Positions 48,501 to 59,860 of a stretch of 64,000 nt of DNA are shown piece by piece. Made by a program: the position numbers and the translations under genes. The stretch's first letter is position 1; every line of letters starts with the position of its first letter. Location: assembly GCA_002269645.1 (NCBI GenBank), contig NIVC01000280.1, positions 372,001 to 436,000 of the forward strand. The letters run 5' to 3'. This DNA is from Macrostomum lignano (lineage: Eukaryota). The notes beneath the pieces were generated by a model that saw nothing but the letters and a program-made list of their open reading frames with translations, did not search any database and was not told where the DNA came from.

Positions 48501-51500
48501 TTTAATGTTTTACGATCTGCAGCTTGAATGTGTTGAGATCTGCAGCTTGAATGTGTTGGGATCTGTAGCTTGAATGTTTTGGGATCTGCAGCTTTAATGT
48601 TTTGGGATCTGCAGCTTTAATGTTTTACGATCTGTAGCTTTAATGTTTTACGATCTGCAGCTTTAATGTTTTACGATCTGCAGCTGGTGTAATCTACAGT
48701 TCATGTGGGGTGAAAACCATTCCCACACTTCTGGGATTTGTAAATTCGGAATCCAAACTCTCGATTCCTCATCGCCGCCCCTTTCAACACCGAACAGGCG
48801 GCGCGTGCCTCCGCGGTCTCACGGACCAGGTGCTGGAGAAGGACTGGCGGATGCAGGATGTGCCGCACCGGCGGGCGATCTCGGCCGCCTTGGAGCAACT
48901 GCTGGCCGGCTACCGCGACTGGCCAGAGGCGGACAAAGCCGGAACCGAGTGGCGGCTCGGACATCCGGACAGTCCGGCCGGGCATCGGATGCGGCTGGCC
49001 AGCTTTGCCGGACACCAGACTGAGTGCGCAGCTTGCGGGCTCCGGCTGCTGGGCATCTACCAGCAGGGCCTGCAGTGCACCGTCTGCGGCAGGGTCGCGC
49101 ATCGGCACTGCGCCAGGTTTCACCGGTGGGGGGCAACCGGTGCTGAAGGTGACGAATCCTGCCGACCCACCGTGCCGCCTATGGTGCCGTCCATCGTGTT
49201 CGGCGCGTCCATTGATGAGCAGGTAGCCGCAGGCGAGCAGCAGCTGCCAGACGAGAGCTTTCGCCGCAAGCTGGACAACTACGCCGAATCCACCAACGTG
49301 TACGACAGCCTGGCCCACTCTGACCAGCCGGCTCTGTCCGACGCGCCCGACTCCATGGCACCGGAGGCGGCCTCGCACCTGGTGCCCTATATTGTCCGGC
49401 TGTGCACTTACACAGTGGAGCGGGAGAGCCTCACTTATCCAGGCGACCTGCTGCAGTTCTACCGTTTCAGGCGGACCGCCGCCGACGTTGAAGCCCTTCG
49501 CGCCGACTTCGGCTCCGGAGTTGGGCCGGCCGCGTTGAATAAACTGGACGGCAAGTTGGCGGCCCAGCTGCTCAAACTGTGGCTGCAGGAGCTGCCGACT
49601 TCACTGCTGCCCTGCCAGCACTACGACAAGTGAGACTGAAGGCTGGCATTGGCGCATCAGAGAGTTCCAAGTCTGAGAATCGCTTCCTACCTGTCAGAGA
49701 GTCGCCCTCTCATCCCAGAGAGTCGCCCTCTCATCCCAGAGACTCGCCCTCTCATCCCAGAGAGTCGCCCTCTCACCCTAGAGACTCGCCCTCTCATCCC
49801 AGAGAGTCGCCCTCTCATCCCAGAGACTCGCCCTCTCACCCTAGAGACTCGCCCTCTCATCCCAGAGAGTCGCCCTCTCATCCCAGAGAGTCGCCCTCTC
49901 ATCCCAGAGAGTCGCCCTCTCACCCTAGAGAGTCGCCCTCTCACCCTAGAGACTCGCCCTCTCATCCCAGAGACTCGCCTTCTCATCCCAGAGAGTCGCC
50001 CTCTCATCCCAGAGACTCGCCCTCTCATCCCAGAGAGTCGCCCTCTCACCCTAGAGACTCACCCTCTCATCCCAGAGAGTCGCCCTCTCATCCCAGAGAC
50101 TCGCCCTCTCACCCTAGAGACTCGCCCTCTCACCCTAGAGAGTCGCCCTCTCACCCTAGAGAGTCGCCCTCTCACCCTAGAGATTCGCCCTCTCATTCTA
50201 GAGACTAGCCCTCTCACCCTAGAGAGTCGCCCTCACCCCAGAGAGTCGCCCTCTCACCCTAGAGACTCGCCCTCTCACCCTAGAGACTCGCCCTCTCACC
50301 CTAGAGAGTCGCCCTCTCATTCTAGAGACTCGCCCTCTCACCCTAGAGAGTCGCCCTCACCCCAGAGAGTCGCCCTCTCATCCTAGAGACTCGCCCTCTC
50401 ACCCTAGAGAGTCGCCCTCTCACCCCAGCGAATCTGTAACTCGCCTCCCGCGCAGATTCGTCCGCCTCATGGACCTGCCTGCCAGCCAGCTGCATCAGCA
50501 GGCCGTGGAGCTCCGCCGTCTGCTGTCGGAGGCCCCCGACCATCATCGGGCTACTCTGCAGCACCTCATGTGCCACTTTGTGCAGATCTTCAGGCGCGTT
50601 CGAACCGCCGACCGTCAGTATTTCATTTCGTGGTCGCGCGTTTTCGGCCAGCTGCTGCTCCGTCCGGCCTGGTCCCGAGTGACCGGGATGGTGGCCGGCG
50701 AGCACAGTCGGCCTTGTGTTGTGCCATTGCACGACGTTGCCAAGGGGGTGCTGTCCCACGGCCGCTGGGGCTGCGTGCTGCCTTCATTTCTGGTGCTTAA
50801 CGACCCGTCTCAGGTTCGTTCCTCAGTCTGGCTGCTGTCTCCCTGGGGTGGTTGTGAGCCTTCCTTGGTCCTATGCCCTACAGTTACTATATCGTATCGT
50901 ATCACTGTCCCGATTCCCAATCTCAAATCCCATCCAGATTCCCAATCCCAGATTCCATCCAGATTCCCAATCTCAAATCCCATCCAGATTCCCAATCTCA
51001 AATCCCATCCACATTCCCAATCTCAAATCCCATCCAGATTCCCAATCTCAAATCCCATCCAGATTCCTAATCTCAAATCCCATCCCGATTTCCAATCTTA
51101 AATCCCATTCCGATTCCCAGTCTCAAATCCCATCACTGTCCCGATTCCCATCATCAAATCCCATCATTGTCCCGATTCCCAATCTCAAATCCCATCACTG
51201 TCCCGATTCCCAATCTCAAATCCCATCAGTGTCCCGATTCCCAATCTCAAATCCCATCACTGTCCCGATTCCCAATCTCAAATCCCATCAGTGTTCCGAT
51301 TTCCAATCTCAAATCCCATCGCTGTTCCGATTTCCAATCTCAAACCCCAACCCCAATCATATCCGATCCCCAGAACTGCCTAGCAACTAGCTCATAAGTG
51401 AAACCGGCTTGACAACTAAAAGCAACCGCTGCGCCATCCCGCAGGTGGATCACATCTCCCTGCCCGAGCAGCCGTGGTACTGGGGCGACATCTCCAAGTC

Positions 51501-54500
51501 GGAAGTTCAAGCCGTGCTGGCCAACCGGCCGGACGGCTCATTCCTGGTGCGCAATGCCGCCAACATGAGCGGCGGCTACACGCTGACTCTGAAGAAGGAC
51601 GGCGAGAACAAGCTGATTAGAATCTATCCGCGCTACAAGACCGGCGACCGGGTCACGTACGGCTTCTCCGAGCGGGCCACCGAGTTCTACACGGTAGCCC
51701 AGGTCATCAATCACTACACCTACAATTCGCTGCGCGAGTACAATAACAACCTGGACGTGTTGCTCCTCTATCCCATTAGCAAGTTTGCAGGGTGCCCAGC
51801 TGAATCTGCCTCCAAGGGGAACAGCGAAGAAGTGAGTTGGGGATCTGTGTTTTGCTGTTCACTCGTAGGGGAGGAATTTAGGTTGCAGGGTGTGGGGAAG
51901 AATTAGAGTCAGAGAATGCGGAAGAATTGCATTTAAGAGAAAGGGGAAGAATTAGAGTCAGAGAATGCGGAAGAATTGCATTTAAGAGAAAGGGGAAAAT
52001 TAGAGTGACGAGAAAAGAGAGATTTGGTAGGGACGAGAAAGGGGGAAGAATTTGAGTGACAGGAAAGGGGAGAATTCGATTTACGAGAAAGGGGAAGAAT
52101 TGGGGTGACGAGAAAGGGGAAGAATTGGGGTGACGAGAAAGGGGAAGAATTAGGAGTGACGAGAAAGGGGAAGAATTGGAGTGACAAGAAAGCGGAAGAA
52201 TTAGGAGGGACGAGAAAGGGGGAAGAATTTGAGTGACAGGAAAGGGGAGAATTCGATTTACAAGAAAGGGGAAGAATTGGGGTAACGAGAAAGGGGAAGA
52301 ATTAGGAGTGACGAGAAAGGGGAAGAATTAGGAGTGACGAGAAAGGGGAAGAATTAGGAGTGACGAGAAAGGGGAAGAATTGGGGTGACGAGAAAGGGGA
52401 AGAATTAGGAGTGACGAGAAAGGGGAAGAATTAGGAGTGACGAGAATGGGGAAGAATTGGAGGGTCGAGAAAGGGGAAGAATTGGAGTGACGAGAAAGGG
52501 GAAGAATTAGGAGTGACGAGAAAGGGGAATAATTAGGAGTGACGAGAAAGGGGAAAGAATTGGGAGTGACGAGAAAGGGGAAAGAATTAGGAGTGACGAG
52601 AAAGGGGAAGAATTAGGAGTGACGAGAATGGGGAAGAATTGGAGGGTCGAGAAAGGGGAAGAATTGGGGTGACGAGAAAGGGGAAGAATTAGGAGTGACG
52701 AGAAAGGGGAAGAATTGGAGTGACAAGAAAGGGGAAGAATTAGGAGGGACGAGAAAGGGGGAAGAATTTGAGTGACAGGAAAGGGGAGAATTCGATTTAC
52801 AAGAAAGGGGAAGAATTGGGGTAACGAGAAAGGGGAAGAATTGGGGTGACGAGAAAGGGGAAGAATTAGGAGTGACGAGAAAGGGGAAGAATTAGGAGTG
52901 ACGAGAAAGAGGAAGAATTGGAGTGACGAGAAAGGGGAAGAATTGGAGTGACGAGAAAGGGGAAGAATTGGAGTGACGGAAAGGGGAAGAATTGGAGTGA
53001 CGAGAAAGGGGAAGAATTTGAGTGACAGGAAAGGGGAGAATTCGATTAACAAGAAAGGGGAAGAATTGGGGTGACGAGAAAGGGGAAGAATTGGGGTGAC
53101 GAGAAAGGGGAAGAATTAGGAGTGACGAGAAAGGGGAAGAATTGGAGTGACAAGAAAGGGGAAGAATTAGGAGGGACGAGAAAGGGGAAGAATTAGGAGT
53201 GACGAGAAAGGGGAAGAATTAGGAGTGACGAGAAAGGGGAAGAATTGGGGTGACGAGAAAGGGGAAGAATTAGGAGTGACGAGAAAGGGGAAGAATTAGG
53301 AGTGACGAGAATGGGGAAGAATTGGAGGGTCGAGAAAGGGGAAGAATTGGGGTGACGAGAAAGGGGAAGAATTAGGAGTGACGAGAAAGGGGAAAGAATT
53401 GGGAGTGACGAGAAAGGGGAAAGAATTGGGAGTGACGAGAAAGGGGAAAGAATTGGGAGTGACGAGAAAGGGGGAAGAATTGGGAGTGACGAGAAAGGGG
53501 GAAGAATTGGGAGTGACGAGAAAGGGGAATAATTGGGAGTGACGAGAAAGGGGAAAGAATTGGGAGTGACGAGAAAGGGGAAAGAATTGGGAGTGACGAG
53601 AAAGGGGAAAGAATTGGGAGTGACGAGAAAGGGGGAAGAATTGGGAGTGACGAGAAAGGGGGAAGAATTGGGAGTGACGAGAAAGGGGGAAGAATTGGGA
53701 GTGACGAGAAAGGGGAAAGAATTGGGAGTGACGAGAAAGGGGAAAGAATTGGGAGTGACGAGAAAGGGGAAAGAATTGGGAGTGACGAGAAAGGGGAAAG
53801 AATTGGGAGTGACGAGAAAGGGGAAAGAATTGGGAGTGACGAGAAGGGGGAAGAATTGGAGTGACGAGAAAGGGGAAGAATTGGAGGGTCGAGAAAGGGG
53901 AATAATTGGAGGGTCGAGAAAGGGGAATAATTGGAGGGTCGAGAAAGGGGAAGAATTGGAGGGTCGAGAAAGGGGAAGAATTGGAGTGACGGAAAGGGGA
54001 AAGAATTGGGAGTGACGAGAAAGGGGGAAGAATTGGGAGTGACGAGAAAGGGGGAAGAATTGGGAGTGACGAGAAAGGGGAAAGAATTGGGAGTGACGAG
54101 AAAGGGGAAAGAATTAGGGAGGGGAAAGAATTGGGAGTGACGAGAAAGGGGAAAGAATTGGGAGTGACGAGAAAGGGGAAAGAATTAGGAGTGACGAGAA
54201 AGGGGAAGAATTAGGAGTGACGAGAATGGGGAAGAATTGGAGGGTCGAGAAAGGGGAAGAATTGGGTGACGAGAAAGGGGAAGAATTGGAGTGACGGAAA
54301 GGGGAAGATTGTGGAGACGGGAAGAATCGAGTGATGGGGCGCATGAGGCTCGTATTGATCCATCCCATCTCGATTTGTTTTCCCGCCCAGATGAGACAGG
54401 AGCTGCTGACCCTCTACCAAGAAATGGGTCGCGAAATCTCTGACGTGTTTACAAAGATGGACGAGAACATTGTTACTATGGGAACGCTAAAGGATCAGCA

Positions 54501-56005
54501 GCTGGAGGCGGAGCGCGGCGCTAAGTGCTACTCGCAGGTCGTGCTCACCCTTACCAACAATATCGCCAAGATGGACAGACTCATTGAGCGGCGCAGCGCT
54601 CTGGAACAGCTCATGAAGACCAATCGGGACTTGCAGGTGAGTGATAAGTTTATTGGAGTGGAATCGTGGGTATCGGTATTCTCGGAATTTTCCCTTAATC
54701 CCCATATTGATTCTCCCCTGATCCCCATATGGGTTCCCTCGATCCCCATCTGGATTCTCCATATGATCCCATCTGATCCCTATGATCCCATCTGGATTCT
54801 CCCTATGCTCCCATCTGGATACTCTCTATGCTCCCATCTGGATTCTCCCTATGATCCCATCTGGATACTCTATGCTCCCATCTGGATTCTCCATATGATC
54901 CTATCTGGATACTCTATGCTCCCATCTGGATTCTCCATATGATCCCATCTGATCCCTATGATCCCATCTGGATTCTCCCTATGCTCCCATCTGGATTCTC
55001 CCTATGATCCCATCTGGATACTCTCTATGCTCCCATATGGGTTCCCTCGATCCCCATCTGGATTCTCCATATGATCCCATCTGATCCCTATGATCCCATC
55101 TGGATTCTCCCTATGCTCCCATCTGGATACTCTCTATGCTCCCATCTGGATTCTCCCTATGATCCCATCTGGGTTCTCCCTATGCTCCCATCTGGATTCT
55201 CCCTATGATCCCATCTGGATTCTCCCTATGATCCCTTCTCCTCACCTGTTTCTACCTGATCCCGCATGCAGCATAGCGCTGGCAAACCATAAAGCAACCC
55301 CCGCCGCCCATTCCGCAGGTGAGCCGCATGCAGATGTACCGGTCCAGGCAGGAAGCGGCCGAGAAGGAGGCGCAGCGGATCCGGCAAGATAGCCAGGTGA
55401 TGCAGGCCGAGGTGCGCACGATGCGCGGAGACGTTCGCGCAATCCAGGAGAAGCGCATCCGCCTCAAGGCCATCCTGATGACCCTGTACGGCGTGCTGCG
55501 CGAGACGGTGGACGCCGAGGACGCCGCCAATCTCGGCGGCTACTTCCCCGGCTGCGCCGACAGCTTTGAGCGACTGTCGCTGGCCGAGGACCCGCTGGGT
55601 TCGACCTCCGCGGCGCCGTGGGACCCCGCCGACTGGCTGGACAGGCAGATCACCAAGGCCGACCCGCTGCTGCGCCATCTGGACAATGCGCCAATCGGCA
55701 CCTTCCTGATTCACGCGTCTCGCTCAGGTGGCGAGGAGAGCCTAGTGCTGTCCGTCCGCAGTCCGTGCGGTGTCCGCTTCTGCAAGATCTTCATGGAGCT
55801 GGGCGCCGGCCAGCAGCAGACCGGCCGGTGCGGCTTCGACTACGTCAGTCCGACCTCGTTCCCCAGCCTGGAGGAGCTGGTCGCGCACTACCGGGTGAAC
55901 TCGCTGGGCAAGCACAACCGCGACATGGACACCTTTCTGCTGCTGCCGCTGAAGCAGCTGGCCCAGATGAATGCCGCCGAGCGGACTAACAATACCTACG
56001 TTTGA
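42565..56005 (+). CDS. PI3K class IA regulatory subunit p85-like, 1081 aa: SH3-C1-SAM-C1-RhoGAP-nSH2-iSH2-cSH2
   Basis: Exons 42565-42826, 43114-43587, 48798-49629, 50456-50813, 51445-51831, 54391-54636, 55319-56005 (3246 nt, in frame); nSH2 PWYWGDISKSEV..GSFLVR..GYTLTLKKDGENKLIRI closely matches p85. Confidence 0.9.
43628..48685. repeat. 23-bp satellite (TGAATGTGTTGGGATCTGTAGCT)n, about 5 kb, in p85 intron 2
   Basis: Direct; variant CTGCAGCTTTAATGTTTTACGAT dominates the 3' end. Confidence 0.98.
49695..50428. repeat. 21-bp minisatellite (GAGAGTCGCCCTCTCATCCCA)n in p85 intron 3
   Basis: Direct. Confidence 0.97.
50900..51345. repeat. 25/31-bp minisatellite (CCCAATCTCAAATCCCATCCAGATT)n in p85 intron 4
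   Basis: Direct. Confidence 0.93.
51895..54310. repeat. 25-27-bp purine-rich minisatellite (GAGTGACGAGAAAGGGGAAGAATTG)n in p85 intron 5
   Basis: Direct. Confidence 0.96.
54710..55235. repeat. About 23-bp minisatellite (CCCATCTGGATTCTCCCTATGAT)n in p85 intron 6
   Basis: Direct. Confidence 0.93.
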
Positions 56006-56437
56006 CCGCGGCTTCTGCCCGGGACTTCTAAGCTAGCAAGATGTGTATAGTAGAATCTGGATTGGAAACTGCGCCCCCGAGACTTCTAAACTAGCAAGAT
56101 GTCCATAGCAGAATCCGGATTAAAAACAAATTTTTTTGACAAACTTTCTATTCTCTCAGTTCTGTAGATCTGCCATGCATCTCTTGAATTTTCCAGGCTT
56201 ATGTTTGCTCATTACAATTATAAACTGTCATCAATATTCTAACGATGACTCGGGCAAGCGTCATTCTCAGATTCGGTGTCAACAGTACTCGTTTTTATCC
56301 ATGTGTGCATATTTAATCTCATTAATTATTAACAGCATGTACACTTGTTACTGTGACTGGGCTGGTTTCCTAATCTGGCTTCACATTTATTCATCTGTTA
56401 TTCAGTAGTTTTATACGATTTTTATTCTTGTATCCTT

Positions 56438-56760
56438 CAGTGCACCCTCAGCTGACCCAGCCCTTCAGTGCACTCTCAGCTGACCCAGCCCTTCAGTGCG
56501 CCCTCAGCTGACCCAGCCCTTCAGTGCGCCCTCAGCTGACCCAGCCCTTCAGTGCACCCTCAGCTGACCCAGCCCTTCAGTGCACCCTCAGCTGACCCAG
56601 CCCTTCAGTGCACCCTCAGCTGTCCCAGCCCTTCAGTGCACCCTCAGCTGTCCCAGCCCTTCTGTGCACCCTCAGCTGACCCAGCCCTTCAGTGCACCCT
56701 CAGCTGTCCCAGCCCTTCAGTGCACCCTCAGCTGTCCCAGCCCTTCTGTGCACCCTCATC
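56438..56760. repeat. 28-bp minisatellite (CAGTGCACCCTCAGCTGACCCAGCCCTT)n
   Basis: Direct. Confidence 0.95.
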
Positions 56761-58269
56761 TAGGGGGCGACCGGGACGGCCAAAGTCGGGCCCGGGTCAG
56801 GCCCGGGAATGAGGACTCGGGCCTGGGTCGGGCCTCGGGAATTCGGGACAAGATCTTTAGGACAGCTCAATAATTGGAAAAAAATCATAATAAATATTAA
56901 TACTTTTAGCATATGCGGATTACTATTAAATATATAATAAATATATTAATATATTAAATCTAATATAATATATTAAATGTATAATAAATATATGATAAAC
57001 ATTAAATATATTATAATATATGAATATATTAAATATATAATAATATATAAATATAATATATTATATTAAATATATAATAAATATTATTTTTATTTAATAC
57101 ATTAGTTAAGACTTCAGAATAGATAAGAGTTACATTAAAAGACTTAATACTCAAATATCAATATACTCAATAGTTCAAATTCAATGTCACTGTGTGGCAC
57201 AAGTACTGTGTGTGTGCCAGTGACAGTGACACTAACACTTAACAGGCAGTGAGGTAGGCAAGCAGGCACTGCGGTAGTGCGGCTGGCACTGGCAGTGGCA
57301 GTAAGCAAAAAGAAGAAAAGCTGAAGCATTAAGTGTAAGGCACTTGGCATTGGAAGCAGTAAGGAAGTAAGAACCAAATCAATTGATTGATTCTTTTATT
57401 TGAATTTTTAGTTCCTTTACATAGCTTCAATATAAAGAGCCATGTACACAGTCAGTATTCAGTAAGACAACAAGACAAGACAACAGAACAGAACACAAGT
57501 GAAGTGACAACACAACACAACACTCAACTGTCTCAACAGAACAGGCAAACAGACAATGGAAATACAAGTAATTAGCTGATACCTGCCTACCTGCTCACCT
57601 ACCTACCTAAACGAATATGATTACGAATACGATACTGAGTCTACAACTACAACTACCTACGAATACAATACAAATATGAACACGATTACAAACTCTGATA
57701 GATAGCAAACTTCTTGGAAAAATGGTAGCCTTGGCCCTTAATAAGTACTTCTTGGAACGTAAATAGGAAATGTTATTTACAAAAGCTTAAAAATGACAAA
57801 TCAACTTTTTAAAGAATCATATTTTTGCTTTTAGCCTGCAGCCTGCAGCGTGTAAAGTGGAATCAATATTGCATCAACTATGTTTTAATTTTATCTTCCT
57901 GGAAAAAATCCGATCTTCCTGGAAAGTGGAAACTGGCTGTGGCTGACGCTCACGGTCACAGACACTCACGCTTAGAGCCTACTACGAATCAATGATATTG
58001 CTACTTCACATCATATCATCTATTACTATTACTGCAGTCGTGCAGTGCTTGAGTCTTGAGTGCTGATGCAATGCTTAACTGAGTGTTGTGCTGTGCTGTG
58101 AATAAAAATAATTTTATTCTTATTTGCACGCAGTTAGTGCCTTTAGGGAAAAAAGACTTGTCCCGATTTCCCGACTTTTTTAGGGTCGGGCCCGGGCCCG
58201 GGTCGGGCCACGATTTTGGTCGGGATTCCCGACTTTTCGGGCCCGGGCCCGGGACTGGGTCGCCCCCTA
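56761..58269. mobile_element. Non-autonomous hAT-type DNA transposon, 1509 bp
   Basis: TIR TAGGGGGCGACC / GGTCGCCCCCTA, subterminal CCCGGG/GTCGGG repeats, exact 8-bp TSD CCCTCATC (56753-56760, 58270-58277), no transposase ORF. Confidence 0.9.
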
Positions 58270-59860
58270 CCCTCATCTGCCCGACCCCAGCACTCAAGCC
58301 TTAAGACTTGCCCTTTAACCAATCAGTCTTACGCTCGTCATCATTCATTTCTCCCATTGTTAGTATTCGAGGAGGATGTGTTTTAACCCTTATACTTAAA
58401 GATATTTATACAATGCAAACCCCATTTTGATTGCGAACGCAGACTTATTTCCAAAATAGCAACACAATAGGCATAGTTCACAGTAAAGTCAGTCTCTATA
58501 GACAATGTGGGTGTGATCATTTAGCGGCTCTTGTCACCGTTTATTGCTTCCAGTTAGTGTTTAGTGCACTAGTTTGCTCACGTTTTCTTTCGATTGATCT
58601 ATAAATATTATTGATCGCATGCCGCTCCGCTCATTGATTAAACCAACCTTAAGTTGTCTCCTGCGGCTGAGTATATTTTAAATTAAAATATATATATATA
58701 CTCGTATATAAACATGGCAATCATATTAAATTATATATAGTTTAATTGTAATAAAACCATACATACCGCCAGCCTCTTATTTTTTGTAACATCTAAACTT
58801 GATTTAAAAAAGAATTGACTTTTCTCTAAAAGCTATTAAGGTACTTCTGAATTTCACAATATTTGTGGCAGTCTTATGACTCTTTACTACATGCAAAATA
58901 ATGTTAATCGCCTAATGCAGTTGAAGTTAGCATTTATGTACAGGTGGCCTTGTACATTAGCAAATGAACGAAAGAAGTGCATCATTGTTCACTAGCTGCC
59001 CTTGGTCACCTGACCGGGGGGGGGGGGCTGGCTGCCGGCCCTTCCTACTTTTCTTTAGCCGAATTAGCCTTGTCGGGCCTCTTAGTGAATGAAAGCCTCT
59101 CGTGTCTGTCTGTTTGTGTGTGTGTGTGTGTGTGGCATACTCCGCATTGCCAACTGTCTCACCCGACCGCTTGCTAGAGCCTCTCTCACCCTCAGCTCCG
59201 CATAGCATAGACTTGGCTAAGTACAGACACTAGATGCGGCGGTTTTAAAGTGCAAGGCGCGTTTGCTTGCAAATAGACCCCGCCCTCCCCGGCCGGGCCA
59301 TTGGAGAGAAAAACTTGTGTTCCAGTGTACGCTGGCTAAAATAAGGGGGGAAGAACTAATGCCAGCTAAGCTAGCTAGAAAGTTCTGGAAAGATAGGAAT
59401 GTACACTGTTTTGAGGGGAGGTTTGATTGTACACTCTTGAGGGAAAGGCTGAATGTACATTCACGCTCTCTGAGAGGGTCAGAGAGCCGTCCGCCCACTT
59501 CTCCATTCACAGGCCCCGGCAAGCGCTTTCCGAGATCAGAAAGACAGAAAAGCATGTTGGGACTCGGGAGAGGCAGGCGTGTATTCGCGTACATTTAGTT
59601 GCGCAGATAGAAAAGCGCACTGCTAAGCCAGACATTGCCTGTTTTCTCCTCTCTCATTTTTAGCAAATTGAAACCTAAGCGAGGCCTCGCACCCTGTCAT
59701 TCCTTTCTCCCATCTCCTCGCCCCGTCATCTCCTCATCGCGTCATAGTCTCTATCGCCATCCTTTACTTTTCCTTTCTTGATCCTCGCCCGTCGCCGCCA
59801 TTTCAAACGATTCCTCTTGTTTTAAGCGGAGCAGTCAGCCGGGCACAGGGCAAGTCAACA

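Noticed and set aside
49579-54942. ORFs in p85 introns (RESPSHP, SQIPSRFP, GVTRKGKEL)
   Set aside because: Artefacts of tandem repeats inside phase-consistent introns
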